NCBI GenBank assembly: GCA_964199315.1
Contig: OZ116705.1
Location: 7,874,001 to 7,938,000 of the forward strand
Direction: 5' to 3'
Length of the DNA stretch: 64,000 bases
From: Orbicella franksi
Taxonomy: Eukaryota
Every line of letters begins with the position of its first letter. Position 1 is the stretch's first letter. This document shows, piece after piece, positions 1-12,954 of this stretch. A program made the position numbers and the translations under genes. The notes below the pieces were generated by a model. The model was not told where the DNA came from and did no database searches. It was given only the letters and a program-made list of their open reading frames with translations.

Positions 1-242
1 TTTATACAAAGGTCTGGCAAAAAAATCAATCTTGTGCGTGGAGAGTAAAGCGAAATAAAGATATACTGCATGTTGATAGGAGATACTATGTACATAAGCC
101 CTCAGCACTCACTCCTAAATTACTCTGTTCTTTAAAATGTTTGAATATTTATTTTTGTTTCACACTTTAATTATAAAAGCCTGTTTCAAATTTTCCTTTA
201 TTTATTATAAGCTCTAGATAAACATGTTTACATTTTTTTCAG

Positions 243-502
243 ATGGAGGACGTGAGCTGTACTTTCCAGCCCACTATTTCTATGCTGAGAAACGTTTAGT
301 GAACCACTGGATAAAGACCATGATTGTCAATGACTTGGACGAGTGTGAATACCGTTGCTACCTGGATGCAAACTGTGTCAGTCTTAATATTAAGAACAAA
401 GATCCCAACGGAACACATGAATGTGAGCTGAATAACTCCACTCACTTGGAGCACGATGGGAATCTGACGGACAACCATCTTTACTATTATCGTGGCGCCG
501 AA
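243..502 (+). CDS. Gene copy 1, exon 2: PAN/apple-like domain of a secreted PAN-EGF-cbEGF-D8C (uromodulin/OIT3-like) protein
   Basis: Acceptor ttttttcAG at 241-242, donor GTaagt at 503. The 260-nt phase 1-0 exon translates (D)GGRELYFPAHYFYAEKRLVNHWIKTMIVNDLDECEYRCYLDANCVSLNIK...HECELNNSTH...YYYRGAE. The C-x3-C-x5-C...CELN pattern is typical of cnidarian PAN-like modules. Near-identical exons lie at 32060 and 62592. Confidence 0.85.
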
Positions 503-798
503 GTAAGTGACTATCATTTTTTTTTTTTTTTTTTTTTTAAACTTTTCGCCTTCAGTTGTTTGATAAGCCAATTTACACCAAAGTTAATGGACATATAAGC
601 TCTCCACGAAAATCTTAATGTTTGTGCATAAATTACTTTTCTTACGTCCGGGTTGCGTCGGCTAAAATCGGCTGACAAGAATTTCAATCCCAAGAGTGAA
701 ATAAACGTGTGTCTTGAGCAGTCATTCATTCATTTATTCTAACAACAAGAGAGTAGTAGATTATTTATAAGCAACTATTTTCCTTTTCTGCGTTTCAG

Positions 799-919
799 AA
801 CAAGTGCGGAAAGATCGGACGGAAGTGCGAGAACAACTCAACTTGTCAGTCCGGTTTTACACAGAAAGGATATCGATGTTCGTGTACTACTGGGTTCGAG
901 GGCGAACACTGTGAGAATG
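799..919 (+). CDS. Gene copy 1, exon 3: EGF-like domain
   Basis: Acceptor tttcAG at 797-798, donor GT at 920. Phase 0-1, in frame with exon 2. NKCGKIGRKCENNSTCQSGFTQKGYRCSCTTGFEGEHCEN has 6 Cys with EGF spacing. Confidence 0.9.
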
Positions 920-1307
920 GTAACTATGCTACTCCTAACATACCCTTGTGTTGTAACTATCATTTAGCGCAAATTTCGTTGAACATCAAACATTCTGTGG
1001 TAGAAGTTAAAAGTTTGAACATGCCGTTCTTTATATGTTAACATTAAAACTCGCATATTTTCAGAAAATTAGTTCACCATAATTTTTGACTCTGTTAAAC
1101 GAATTTTCCGGTGTTTTCCCCAGACAAAGTCTCCATCACTTACAGACAGCATTTCGTTAAAAATTAACAGATAAATTGTCTCGTAAAACCAAGTTTAACT
1201 GATATTCCAAATTTTATACTTTTTAGAGGTAATCTGACGAATTAAAGGCACTTAGTTGCTTTTCCGATTCAGTGGATCCTATGAAACATGTTTTACCTTA
1301 ACTTTAG

Positions 1308-1430
1308 ATATTGATGAATGCGATAGAGGTTCTCACAAATGCCACGTGAACGCCAGCTGCAACAACACCAAGGGAGGGTACAACTGCTCTTGTAAAGACG
1401 GATACACTGGAGATGGACAAAATTGCGCAG
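1308..1430 (+). CDS. Gene copy 1, exon 4: calcium-binding EGF domain
   Basis: Acceptor tttAG at 1306-1307, donor GT at 1431. 123 nt, phase 1-1. DIDECDRGSHKCHVNASCNNTKGGYNCSCKDGYTGDGQNCA carries the cbEGF DIDEC and CxNxxGxYxC signatures. Confidence 0.92.
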
Positions 1431-1784
1431 GTTTCTTTCATGTCTGTGTATAGCATACTTTAAGCCAATGATACAAGGTTTAACATTTGATGAGCAACAA
1501 ATATTGCAGCTGCTGTTCAACAAATGCTGAACAGTGCATAATGTGATGTTGAACGTTGAAATATGCCGTTCAATATGTTGAAAGTTGTTGAACGAAAATA
1601 GAACTTGACTCTATTCCGTTCAACAGTCTGATTGAAAATCCGTTGGAACGAGGTCGCATGACCGATACAGAATATGCTTGTTTAACACGCCTTTGTCACT
1701 TGGATGCGAATTGGACAGGAACTAAGATATGTATTTTACAACGGTGGATAAATATAACATTCATATCACATTCTCTCATGTCAG

Positions 1785-1913
1785 ATATCGACGAATGTGC
1801 TGCACAGGTCAACCCATGCGTTACAGTTGCTAAACCTGAGTGCATGAATACGGATGGTTCGTACAACTGCCTTTGCAAAGGTGGATTTGTAATGGAGGGT
1901 TCTAGCTGCGAAG
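1785..1913 (+). CDS. Gene copy 1, exon 5: calcium-binding EGF domain
   Basis: Acceptor tcAG at 1783-1784, donor GT at 1914. 129 nt, phase 1-1. DIDECAAQVNPCVTVAKPECMNTDGSYNCLCKGGFVMEGSSCE. Confidence 0.92.
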
Positions 1914-2798
1914 GTATATATAATGTAATTTTGTTCATAGTATAGGTAATACACTTTGCTTAAGACTAACTTCAGGGAGCCGTAACAAGTCATTATTCAC
2001 TACATTATTTGTAACCCATATATTATCTGATGGTATACCTGACTGTCTGAATCGAACTGAACCGAAACTACATTATTTTTGAATTAAAATTCTCTCAAAA
2101 GAATTGCTTTCCATGAAATTAAACCAACTAAGTAATGATTGAGCTTTAAATATATTATAGTAATTTTCAGGTCACGTAACTTTTTGTTGGTTTGAAAATT
2201 GGTCAGAGCATTCAAGCATAAAGCACTAGTTAAAAGTTTTCCATTCTTTTTTTGAAGGAAGCTATGAATTAGTTATCGTCAAGCAATCAGCTTTAAGTAA
2301 GACATTCCACAATCGGGGTCCAGCAATATAAACCTAAGTTTAACTTCCCATGAAAGTGAATAACAACTGAAACATGCTGTAAACGGACGTTACAAGAAAC
2401 GCCTTAATTAATACTTATGTTCTTGCCTGCTATTATATTTTGGGGTCATACAATTAGCACTAAAAGTAAAAATGTGCGTTGCACTTGCTGTTCTCGAAGT
2501 TAAGGCCAATAAAAATTGAAATTTTCAGTATTTTACCCCCAATACGCCAAACTTACAACGCATGCGAAAATCTATATGATATTTATATAATGTTAACAAT
2601 GCGAGAGCTATTTTACTTCAGAAACTGCATGAGAAAAAGGAACACAACAATGATATGTGGGGTAAGGGGTTGGGAATGAAGTTCTCCAATAACAGGCCAG
2701 TGGAACTACATGTAAATGCCATCACTAAACGAATCACTAACCTGGCTTGGTAAAGGGGGGTGGGGGGCGTCAAACCCCCCTCCTCTCCGAGGATGGAG

Positions 2799-3056
2799 GT
2801 CACAAACCCCTGGGAGAGGTTCCTAATCCTCTTCGGGGCTGCAGTCACAATACCCCGAAAGAGGTCCTTACTCCCTTTCAGGGCTGCAGGTCACAATACC
2901 CTGAAAAGGTCCCTACTACCCCTCAGGGCTGCATGTCACAATACCCTGAAAAGGTCCCTACTCCCCCTCAGGGCTGCAGGTCACAATACCCTGAAAGAGG
3001 TCCTTACTCCCCTCCAGGGCTGCAGGTCACAATACCCTGAAAGAGGTTCCTAGTCC
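2799..3056. repeat. GC-rich 45-46 bp minisatellite, ~6 copies, in intron 5 of copy 1
   Basis: The unit gtcacaataccctgaaaaggtccctactccccctcagggctgcag is repeated with small variants. Confidence 0.9.
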
Positions 3057-4263
3057 TAAGGGAGTTTAGACTCATGGTTACATGGCAACCCATCAATTCT
3101 GAGTCTATGGGGCCAATAGTGCCTGTATGGGAGCACTTCATCCCAACCCAAAGTTTATTTGTGTATTTCAATTAGACAAATCTAAACCGTAGACTAACTC
3201 CTTAATACAATTATGCAGTCTTTGAGATTAGACAAGGCTAATCAGTCCATTCAGTGTCTTTGATGCAGATAAACTGCATAAGTGCCAATAGCATTGGTCG
3301 CTAACAGTTACAAAAAATAGCTCCTAACTGTAACGTTTTGTGTAAAGAGATCTCAATATATATTGCTGTGTATCTGAGAATTAGATACAGGTACATTGGC
3401 TGTACATAGTAAAGCTAGTCAATAATCCCGTAACATGGGAGCCAAAGGCCCAGCTGAGAAGCTTAAGTAGGATATATAACTATTCATAAATTCACAAACA
3501 TTGTGTATTTCGTGTGTGACATGCTCAAACCATAGGGTGGGGAGGGAGGGAAAATCACGTCATCGAAGAAGGCAAATACAGTTTGCTAGCTCGCAGCGAA
3601 AGAATGAATGAACACACCACTCGTGCTCGATGCCTGGGAATCGATTGACAGTGACATACCAGCTCAGCCAATTCTGATTGGCTTAGCGTACAGTTTGCGT
3701 CACTAATGCATGTGATCACACTAAACTTTGGACTGTGAAACCCTACCCTCTACCTTTTTGCATGTCACACAACCAGCACGTAATCACTCATGGTTGTCCC
3801 ATTAACTTAAATTTGTGAGGACATAAATTGGTCTTGCATGTAAGAGTAAAATCATGGAAAAAAAAGATAACGAAAAAATCGGTGCAATTTTGTACTGCAC
3901 GCGATGAAAATAGCGCCTTAATAGCAAAAGGAATACGCACCGGCCTTACGTACATTGGAAGAGACGTGATCGAGATCCCAGAAATGATTTAATTTTTGCA
4001 ATAGAATGTTGCTGTTTAAGCAGAGTTTTCCATCTTAATATCTCAATTTTAATTTTTTGATATAATAATGACACATGATATGTGTTAATTTTTTTCTGCT
4101 AGGAAGGCTTATATTGTCACTGTCATGTAATACGTCGCGTAAATAGCATTGTCATATAACTATGACTCTGATTGACTCTAGATGTCGCAACAACCTTGTT
4201 ATCGTCCTTGCGTCTCACGAGAAAGCACTGGGTGCGAGTGGCCTAACTGCCAATCATACCTCT

Positions 4264-4312
<49 letters not shown>
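4264..4312. repeat. (GA)n microsatellite
   Basis: Direct reading of the sequence. Confidence 0.95.
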
Positions 4313-4314
<2 letters not shown>

Positions 4315-4766
4315 GAAAGAGTTGTTGAAAACAGCCCAAAATTTGGTCGCAAATTAATCTCAGAAGACCCCCATGGAGCTGATAGCCAGAACTCGGCTGT
4401 AAACTGACAATGAAACTGAAACTTTGGCATTTTACATAAGTCTGCATAAGGGATTTGTGTTTACATTTTAAGGACAATCAGCCAAACACTATTTGGGTGA
4501 AAATATTGGTTTTTATAATATTTCAGACGTCATTAAATTAGTGTGTCTCAAATTTAGAAAAAAAAAAAGAAGAAGAAAACTCACCTCCATAGCGAAACGC
4601 TCTGTTGAAACAAAACCCTTACGCCGCTAGCTAGTGACATTGATTTTGAGAACTTTCTAATTTTGCTGAGGTCATGTGAAAACGAACTATACAGATTGGG
4701 ATTTTGATGAAGTGTGGTTGCATTTATTATTTTATTCCTTTTTGACTCTGAAAAAGTCTGATTTAA

Positions 4767-5559
4767 GGGCCCATTAACTGATTTATGTACGCGCTCGCGC
4801 GCGTTGCTAAGGAGGTGAAATTTCACTTCCGGTTACTAACGTCAGCCTGAGTGCGGAAAATAAAAACAGCTCAAAAACTTGCAAATTCCCTTACATTTTA
4901 GATGTTTTTCTTTGTGTTTCACAAAATGCAAAGTAAAAAAAGTATAAGCAAAGACAAAATAAGAGAAAGACAGAAAAACAAAGAGCAATAGAAAGAGAAA
5001 AACTGACTCAGTGTGGCTTTGTTTGATCTTACCGAAGTGCCCTGGTAGTGTAAATTGCGCACGCGCTAATAGGGTAACTTCCAATAGATATCAGGCGCAC
5101 TTCCGGTTTCTTTAAATGCTAAAGGAAACGCGGTTTTTCATTAAATCCAGCTTTTTTCGACGAATTTCGATTAATGCAAACGTTGGAAACATAGCTATGC
5201 ATTCCTTTTCCGAAATCATGCTTTTTTCAGAAAATTATAAATTTTTCAATATTTTGAAATTCTCTCAAAATCTGACCTTTTAGCCATGAAACAAAATCGA
5301 TGCATAGCGTAATGAGGATTTACATTAAAATATTAAATCAATGAAAAAAATTCCGCTAAAGTAATATGCCTGGGAGCCTTTGCACTTTTTCCGTATTAGT
5401 CACATGACCATGGGCGCGGCCTGATGACGTCATTACTAGTGTTACTGATCATGAAAAAGTTAAGACACATGAAATAACTCTGAACTAACTAAAAATGATG
5501 AGGTTATATGAGAATAAATTTTCCTAAGCAACGGCTCGAAAAGATCGGTTAATGGGCCC
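4767..5559. mobile_element. Non-autonomous DNA transposon with TTAA TSD, Kolobok-like
   Basis: TIR GGGCCCATTAAC at 4767 and GTTAATGGGCCC ending at 5559, with TTAA on both flanks (4763-4766, 5560-5563). RR...YY termini with a TTAA TSD fit Kolobok rather than piggyBac (CCC...GGG). Confidence 0.75.
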
Positions 5560-6037
5560 TTAACTTATCACAAGGAACGCAGAATCCTGTGTATATAAAC
5601 TAAATATCATTATGAACGTTTAATCATGAATTTATTATGATTTATTGATATCATGATATGTGTTGTGTTGTGTTGTGTTGCTGATGGCTGGCCAATTTAT
5701 CGCTATTTTTCATCACTGTAAAGCAAGTTTATTAATGCGCGCGCGTTCGTTTCTTTCTCTTTTATACTATAAAAGAGTAATCGTACGAAAGCTCCAGCAA
5801 TTGAGGATTCACGATAATTGAAAATATTTTCAAATTGTACAGGCGTAAAAAGCGAATTTTCGAATGTCTCTCGTAGTGTTAATTAATCTTTTAATATTCA
5901 CATTTTTTTTATTTCATTGATATACTTATTCACCTCGTGATACTTGTTTTCTGTTGTTTTTGTTGTTGTTGTTGTTGTTTTTAGTACATACAGTATTGTG
6001 CAAAATTAATACAAATATTAATTTTTCTTTTTTTTAG

Positions 6038-6399
6038 CTGACATATGTAACAACTACCAAAATCTGACTGATGCGGAAAGAAAATATAACTACACAACAC
6101 AAAATGAGAAATGTGACAACTTACCCGATAACTGGTATCGTTTCCAAGGAGCTGCAGGCACAAAAATGGTGACCACATGTCCACCGATGAAGAGATGTGA
6201 TGCACACTTCCCTATCTGGTTGAAAGAGAATCACCCTACAGTTGCTGAGGGTACAGTCCAAAGAAAATTCTGCATTCACATGGAGAGTAACTGTTGCAAG
6301 GTTTTGGTCTTCATTAAAGTAAAGAACTGCGGCTCCTACTATATCTACAACTTATTTTACCCAGGGGAGTGTAACGCTCGTTACTGTAGCACTGACTAA
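6038..6399 (+). CDS. Gene copy 1, terminal exon: UMOD/GP2/OIT3-type D8C (D10C) cysteine-rich domain
   Basis: Poly-T acceptor AG at 6036-6037, phase 1, stop TAA at 6397-6399. DICNNYQNLTDAERK...CDNLPDNWYRFQGAAGTKMVTTCPPMKRCDAHFPIWLKENHPTVAEGTVQRKFC...CC...IKVKNCGSYYIY...CNARYCSTD contains the WYRF, C..RC...P.WL...HP and V.NC..YY.Y motifs and 10 Cys. Confidence 0.92.
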
Positions 6400-7062
6400 T
6401 CCATTTACAAATGATTTTAGTGTTAAACCAATATTGACGGCTCTTTCGTGACGTGATTGCTACCCGTTTGCTTACGTTGATCTTCCGTTTATCATTTGAG
6501 AACTGCAACTACTAGAAAGACACTCGATAAATCTGCAAACGGAGAAAAAAACATACAATTTACATGTTATAATTTATTTGAAGATTAATGATAACTTGTC
6601 CTCAAACCCAGGGAACGGGCGAAACATTTGACGTGTAAAGAGACGTCCTAGAAGCATGTTTTTGACTTGAAATGTCGCGATGTAATTTGCAACTGCTCCA
6701 CACAGTGCCAACTTGTCGACATTAGATCGTGAACGACTTTTTCATACACCGTAGATCGGTGCTCTTAATTATTTTCAATTCACCTATATTCAGTGGGCTA
6801 TCTAATTGTTCGACGGTTAGGTCTGGCACCACTAAATGGAACATAAACATAGAGAAACTCCAGTTTTTTCAGAACTTCGTCGCTCGTATTTGAGGAAGGA
6901 CGATCACACTTCAAATATCAGTCAAGGGTCTCGTGACCTTATCATCCGGTGTACAAAGATCTACAAATGCCTATATGGATAAGGTCCTATTGTTAAGCGA
7001 TCTCAAATTCATGGTGTTTCCACTAAGAAGTCCAATAACATTAACAATTAGAGGACGTCTTT

Positions 7063-7318
7063 AATTGCTGATTTTCAGTGTCACGCAATTCAAAATTGAT
7101 CAAAATCAAAATCAAAACCGGTCAATAGATAAAGTCCAGAATCTGGGAAATGAAAGAAGGTAAATATGCAAAGACTCTCGCCAAAATTCTGGTCACAGCA
7201 ATTTTTGTTATGCGAGATACGCGGAGAAATTTTTTAACCCAAATTTATAGAGATTTGTATGGGGACGCCATGCTGGTGCCCACCCGTATGGGCACCAACA
7301 TGGCGGCCGGAAACCAAC

Positions 7319-7364
<46 letters not shown>

Positions 7365-7673
7365 CTCGAGGAACTCTAAAACATTAAAATAATACTTTTT
7401 ATAAGCATGAACTGTTCAGATAGCCAAGTTCCCCGAAATAAGTCAGTTTTTTAACCATCATGACAGCTTTATAGGCCGTCATGTAAATGCCGCGTCACGC
7501 AAAAGCTTAGAAATTCAAGTGTAGTGTATCACAAAACCAAGAACCCATTCGGAGCGAAAATTTGTATGAATATTATTTTTCAGCTGCTCTTATACATCAT
7601 TAAATTAAAATCTCAGGATGATCAATAGTTTTGTAGTTCGAATTTTAGTGACGTCATGTGAAAACCAGCTATT
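7063..7673. mobile_element. MITE-like element with imperfect TIRs
   Basis: The left end AATTGCTGATTTTCA matches the reverse complement of the right end (AATAGCTGGTTTTCA) at 13/15. There is no coding capacity. Confidence 0.5.
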
Positions 7674-8209
7674 GGCCTAACATTCCTGTCCGTGAAACGC
7701 TTGAATGAGTTTGGCCATGAGATTAAAAATTCTCCATTATCCAGCTTGTTCAAAAAGACGGTGAAAACCCCCTGGTTTTCATGATATATCTATATAATTG
7801 TCCTACATCATATTGTATAATTTTTAACCTGGAATTTTAATTAGTTTTCATAAATTTTATATTAATATAAATTAATTCTGAAAAACCCACCAGGGAGAAC
7901 TGATAAATAGTATAGGGTTGTATTGTAAGTGGAGGGTCGTACAGGCTCCATATTGTAAATCACTCTCGACAGACGACTCTAAGCATTCAGAGGACTCGCA
8001 TCTCAAAATCACATAGAGTAGAGTAGTGAAATCACGAATATCGGTTAATAATTCAATTTCTTCACAGGTCACGCAAAACCTTAAGGTCACGCAGTTCGGA
8101 AGAACAATTTCTTAAATTCATGTTTCACCGAAAAGTGAAATCAGGTAATCACGCATCGTGAGAATACCCCTGTACGACCCTCTAAGTGCATAACTGGTGT
8201 AACAGATAA

Positions 8210-8560
8210 TTGTTAGTTGTTTGTTTGCTTGTTTTTTTTGTTTGTTTGTTTGTTTGTTTTACTAGCTTGTTCCGTCTATATTTACATGCTGGCAATGCTC
8301 TTTCTTCGTGTTTGTTTCTTCCCTTGTTTGTGTTTATTCGTTTCCTTGTTTTCATGTCTCTTTCTTTACTTTCATGTTTCTACTATAGTTTGCTTTTCTA
8401 TTTCGTTTGTTTCGTTTTTTTTTTACGAAGTTGCTTTTCATTTTTGTCTTGTTTTATTGTCTGTGTATTAGTTTGCAGTCCTATATGTTCGTCCTTCTTT
8501 CATTCATTTCCTCGTTTCCTTTTTTTCCTGCTTGGTTTAATTTATGTGGTTTTTATCTCG
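8210..8560. repeat. T-rich low-complexity (GTTT/TTTC) tract
   Basis: Degenerate gttt/ttgt/tttc repeats. A similar tract follows copy 2 at ~37060-37350. Confidence 0.85.
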
Positions 8561-11500
8561 TGCAACCATGGTTACAAAGAATTTTCTAGAAGGGGATTTT
8601 TGTCCCTAACTCTTTAGAAAGAAGAACAATAAATGGAAAGGGATTTAAGTTATTTTAAGTGTTTTGATAGTGTATATTGGGGAGTATCTGTGTAGGACGG
8701 GGTGGGTAGAGGTAAAAGAGTATCGTCCACTTCAGCTCAGGCTAAAGTAGTGAGAAGAATTAATTTGTTCACTTCAATGAAGTGCTTGGTTGCAATGATA
8801 ACTCACTTCACCGATAAATTAAAGGTGAATAGTGTTTACTTCGTTGCAGCAGTTTATGGAAATAACGCTATTATTATTTATAGAATGCTGAGGAATTGCT
8901 ATTTAAGCAGTTCTTTTGTTTAAGCTGATTTCTTCACGGGTAGCTCAAACTAAGCACGTGAGCGTAATTAACACTTAACGAAATATTTAACTATAGTTCG
9001 ACCCTTACACCTGTTATTAAAAAACATAAAATAAGATAATTAAATTTACTATTGTAAAGTGCCATAAACAATTAGTGGAGTAAAGCGGTCTGGGAATTTT
9101 TTTCTCTTAATTTTAATATCCTTATAACAGTAAGTAGTCATGACCTATAATATTTTAAAAGATCTTATGAAAAATACACCTGGCGCTTCAAAATGTACAA
9201 AACTAGGAATAAAATGCTACTTTAATCCTAGTTATGTTGTCTTTATGTACCCTTTCTGAGATATAAGCATTTAAACTGATACTACGGATACATTTTTAAC
9301 AGATATATACCGTGGCTATAGTAACCTATTATGCCATGAAGATGACCACAACTTATTCACCAATAATTGGAAATTTTTGTGATACCATCATTTTGACAAG
9401 TGTCATTATTTATCTGTCAAAGTTCAACTGCTGGAGACTATTAAAGGCACTTTAGAGAAAGTATTACATGTGTGTAATATCAGGATACAAAAAAAAAAAA
9501 AAAAGAAAAAAAAAAAAGAAAATACAGTCATGATATTAACAAATCGTGAAATTCCTTAATTACAGACTAATCATTTTAAACATAGGCGTACGGGCTTAAG
9601 GGGGAGGGGTTCGGTGGCCAACCACCCCGCCACCACCCCTCCGTTTTGAAAATTGTAAATTAAAACCTTTCAAGAAAAACGATGACTCAGGCAACAGCAC
9701 TTGGGAGAAAACGTTCCAAAATAGTGCCGTGGGCGTGATTTCCAGAACTCGTAAATAAATTTTCTAGTTAATTTTAGTATCATGACATGTATTAGCTCTG
9801 TATATCTGCTGCTGACTTGTAGTATCGTTGGCGCCCGAGAGACCCCACTGTGGTCAGTGGCCTTTCAGACTCCCGACAGAGAAACCTCTTTTTGTTTGTT
9901 TGTTTTCAAGGTTTCCAGGCTTGTCAGCTACTTCCTCTGACATTTGCCTTGCCAAAAAAAAAACCCTCAGATGATTTTAAGGACCTGTGGTATTCTGCTT
10001 TCGAAAACATACTATTTGGTCAAATGTGCATCGTGGAGATGCACGATAAGGATATTATTTATGTTCCCAATTTCCATCAACAAAACAATGACTAAAGAAT
10101 CACAGTTAACAACGACCAAGACTTTCATTTTTTCGGTGGCTCTAAAAGGTCCATTTTGAATTCTCCAGGAAAAAGCGGAACAAAGAAACGAAGGAACGAT
10201 AAATTTAAACAATAAATTTGAACGTCACCTAACTGAAGATGAGCGAAGCAACAAGTTTGCATACAAGCAACCAACTGTTCAAAATAAAATGCATGCTAAA
10301 AATTGTAATCTGCGTTTGCCTTTAAATAAGAACGGCCAATTAGCACACGTATTTCTAACGCGGCTTTCGGTTGACAGAACACGCAATTGTAATGAACAGA
10401 ACGTTTTAACCAGTCTAAAATCACTTACTTCTTGCCTTCCAGCCTTTTACAAGAGTGATCAAAATCCAATTTCGTCTTAAGACATCCATGCAATGACGCA
10501 TAAAACGGTAATGAGAATAAAAACAATCGTCAAATGGGCGATATTATTTTGATGTACCACCAGAATTTCAAAACCAGCATATTATAAAATCCCAGAAATA
10601 GCTGAGAAAAAGGTTAGGGTGCTTACATGCAGCAAATATGAGAACACAGTTTGTGCTGTAACCATTCAAAGAAGCAAATTAATATTTTAAGTTTGTGTTT
10701 TACTATATAATTACAATGCGCCTCATCTTTCATGCAGTCTTTCTTGCCACCATGTGTGTCTTGGACACTCCGCACCTTTACACCCTTATTTTAAGCTTTA
10801 AATGCATGGAACCCGGAAGTTGTTGTGTCGCGTGTAATCGTGATATATCTGAACACTGTACACGGGTAAGCTTCGATCAACTTATTTAACACTATTCCGT
10901 GAAATAAAACAAAGATCTGCTACTTCGCGAATTAATAATCCTGGAAAATGTCTTAAATAATAGGAAAGAGCTCTAATCCCATTTTTCTTGAAGCAGATCG
11001 CAAATTTCGTTCTATTACAGGTGGTTACGAGTTATATTCCGCGAATATCTGCACCGAGCCTTAATCCAGATCGATGTAGAAAAGTTCTGTCCAATTTACA
11101 GAGACAAAGTGTACGTCATTGACCCGAAATCAAATTCTAAAATATTGTGACGCCATGAAAATCGTTGGCGTTACCTTCACTAGAAAATTCTTCGCATATT
11201 TCTTTCAGACAATTCCGGACAAACGTAGTTGGGACAGCTGAGCTGGATCACGTATTCCCCACCCCTCTAATCAAAGTTGGCAAATGTCGCGTTTTTCTCA
11301 ACAAAAAGGGACAAAATCACCTGATTATCAACATTGGGATTGTAGACTGGTTACCAGTCATACAAAGTCATGCAATATATTCCATGACCCACTGCTCTTG
11401 GAACGCCCTCTGGTCTGAACAGGGGAAGTGCTGCACCATGTTGAACGACATCAAACAATCCCTGCACAGTCCAGGTTTTAAATACATTATTTCAGCCTCT

Positions 11501-11690
11501 AAATGAACAGATTTACATGTAAATAGTATTCTCTAAAACATATCAAATTCACAGCTTCTAGTATCACGAACCTACATGTATACGCTAAGTTAACTTTTGA
11601 GTTGACAGTTAAGGGTTATTTTTGAAATCCATGACAGGCCATTTTTAGCACTTGTTCTAACCTAAAAGTCTTGGTGTCTTTCGTTTTCTG

Positions 11691-11722
<32 letters not shown>

Positions 11723-12461
11723 TTCTTTTCTTTTCTTTCTCTTTTTTTTTTTTATTTTGTCGTTAGATGTAACTAGACACTCTAAGAGCGTTTACTCGGT
11801 GACGACTTTTTTTTCACCGTATAACAAATTAAAACGACAGCACCGTATCAATAGGATGGGCCGTAATCTTTTTTCTCAGGGTTAGAAAATTTAAGATTTG
11901 GAAAGAAATGTAAGCTTATCTTCATCACTCGTATTTTGTGTTGTGTGGCGGCCATAATAAGATTTAAATACGCGGTCAACTGGTGCGAGGTCTGGAACCA
12001 AGAATTCAGGAAAATAAGGGAAATTCTGATACCTCACCGAGCCACTCCCTGTCAATCACTGATGTAGTTATAATTTTACATTAACAAGATTATACAATGT
12101 AATTTTGAAATTCGACTCCATTGCGAAGATTCTCTCCTTGCTGTCTACGTTGACACCGGTTTTCAAATTGCGAGAAAGGTTCGCAGGTTTTTTTTCTTTT
12201 GTTCGCTTTTGTTTCTTTGTTTGTTCTTGGGGAGGGGGTGGGGGGGATAGTTCTTTTTGCCCTTTGAATCGTGTGCTCGTTTTGTAACCAGTGTAGCTAT
12301 CTTTTTAAAATCCATAAATTATCAGACTGAAAACCGTAATGAAAAAAATCAAGAACTGCAACGGTGGACAAAAGCCCTTGGGAGACTGATGTAATTCAAC
12401 GTGCTTGTCTGTGTTTATCTTTTATCTTTTTCACTGAAGTTTGAAAAAGCACTGATATTCT

Positions 12462-12546
12462 TTTAAAGAATTGCTATCTTTAAAGAATTGCTATCTTTAA
12501 AGAATTGCTATCTTTAAAGAATTGCTATCTTTAAAGAATTGCTATT
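12462..12546. repeat. 17-bp tandem repeat, 5 copies
   Basis: TTTAAAGAATTGCTATC x5, near perfect. Confidence 0.95.
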
Positions 12547-12954
12547 CTCTCCTGCCTACTAAATACAATGTTAAAACTCAGGCGAAATTACGCATTGTAG
12601 GTAGGGTGGGGGGAAAGGCTAAGCAGGTGAAGTTGTTCTTGCTCGCGACTGTCGTCTGGCGTGTGTGCAAAAGTGCCAAGAGCGCAAGTTTGTCTCAAGA
12701 CTTTTGTCCATGATTGCAGGTGAAAACTAAATTAACTGAATCCTCTTAGTTCTGTGGGGGTGTCTGATGAAGGGTTTATAGTGGTAGCACTTTTACAGCG
12801 ATGTGGTCCATCTTAGTGCCAGGCAACTGGTGAATGGCTGACTGGCTGTGCTGGTTCACACATACATTGAACGCCCCAACTCGCACCCTTGACATGGTGA
12901 CGGCCACACTCCGGGCAACGGTATCAACCTGCCGGGTAAACTAGATAACTAATA

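Noticed and set aside
224-598. ORF-track protein of 124 aa as a standalone gene (also 32116-32445 and 62573-62953)
   Set aside because: These are exon 2 read-throughs into the flanking introns. Splice signals and homology define a 260-nt exon.
8210-8617. Hydrophobic 135-aa ORF resembling a membrane protein
   Set aside because: It is the translation of a GTTT/TTTC low-complexity tract, so the F/L/V/C bias is compositional.
10790-11490. Protein-like minus-strand reads (GLFDVVQHGAALPLFRPEGVPRAVGHG..., FRVNDVHFVSVNWTELF...)
   Set aside because: Many stops and no recognisable family. Part of the region is homologous to the sequence just 3' of the SLC25A32 exon, which begins as intron.
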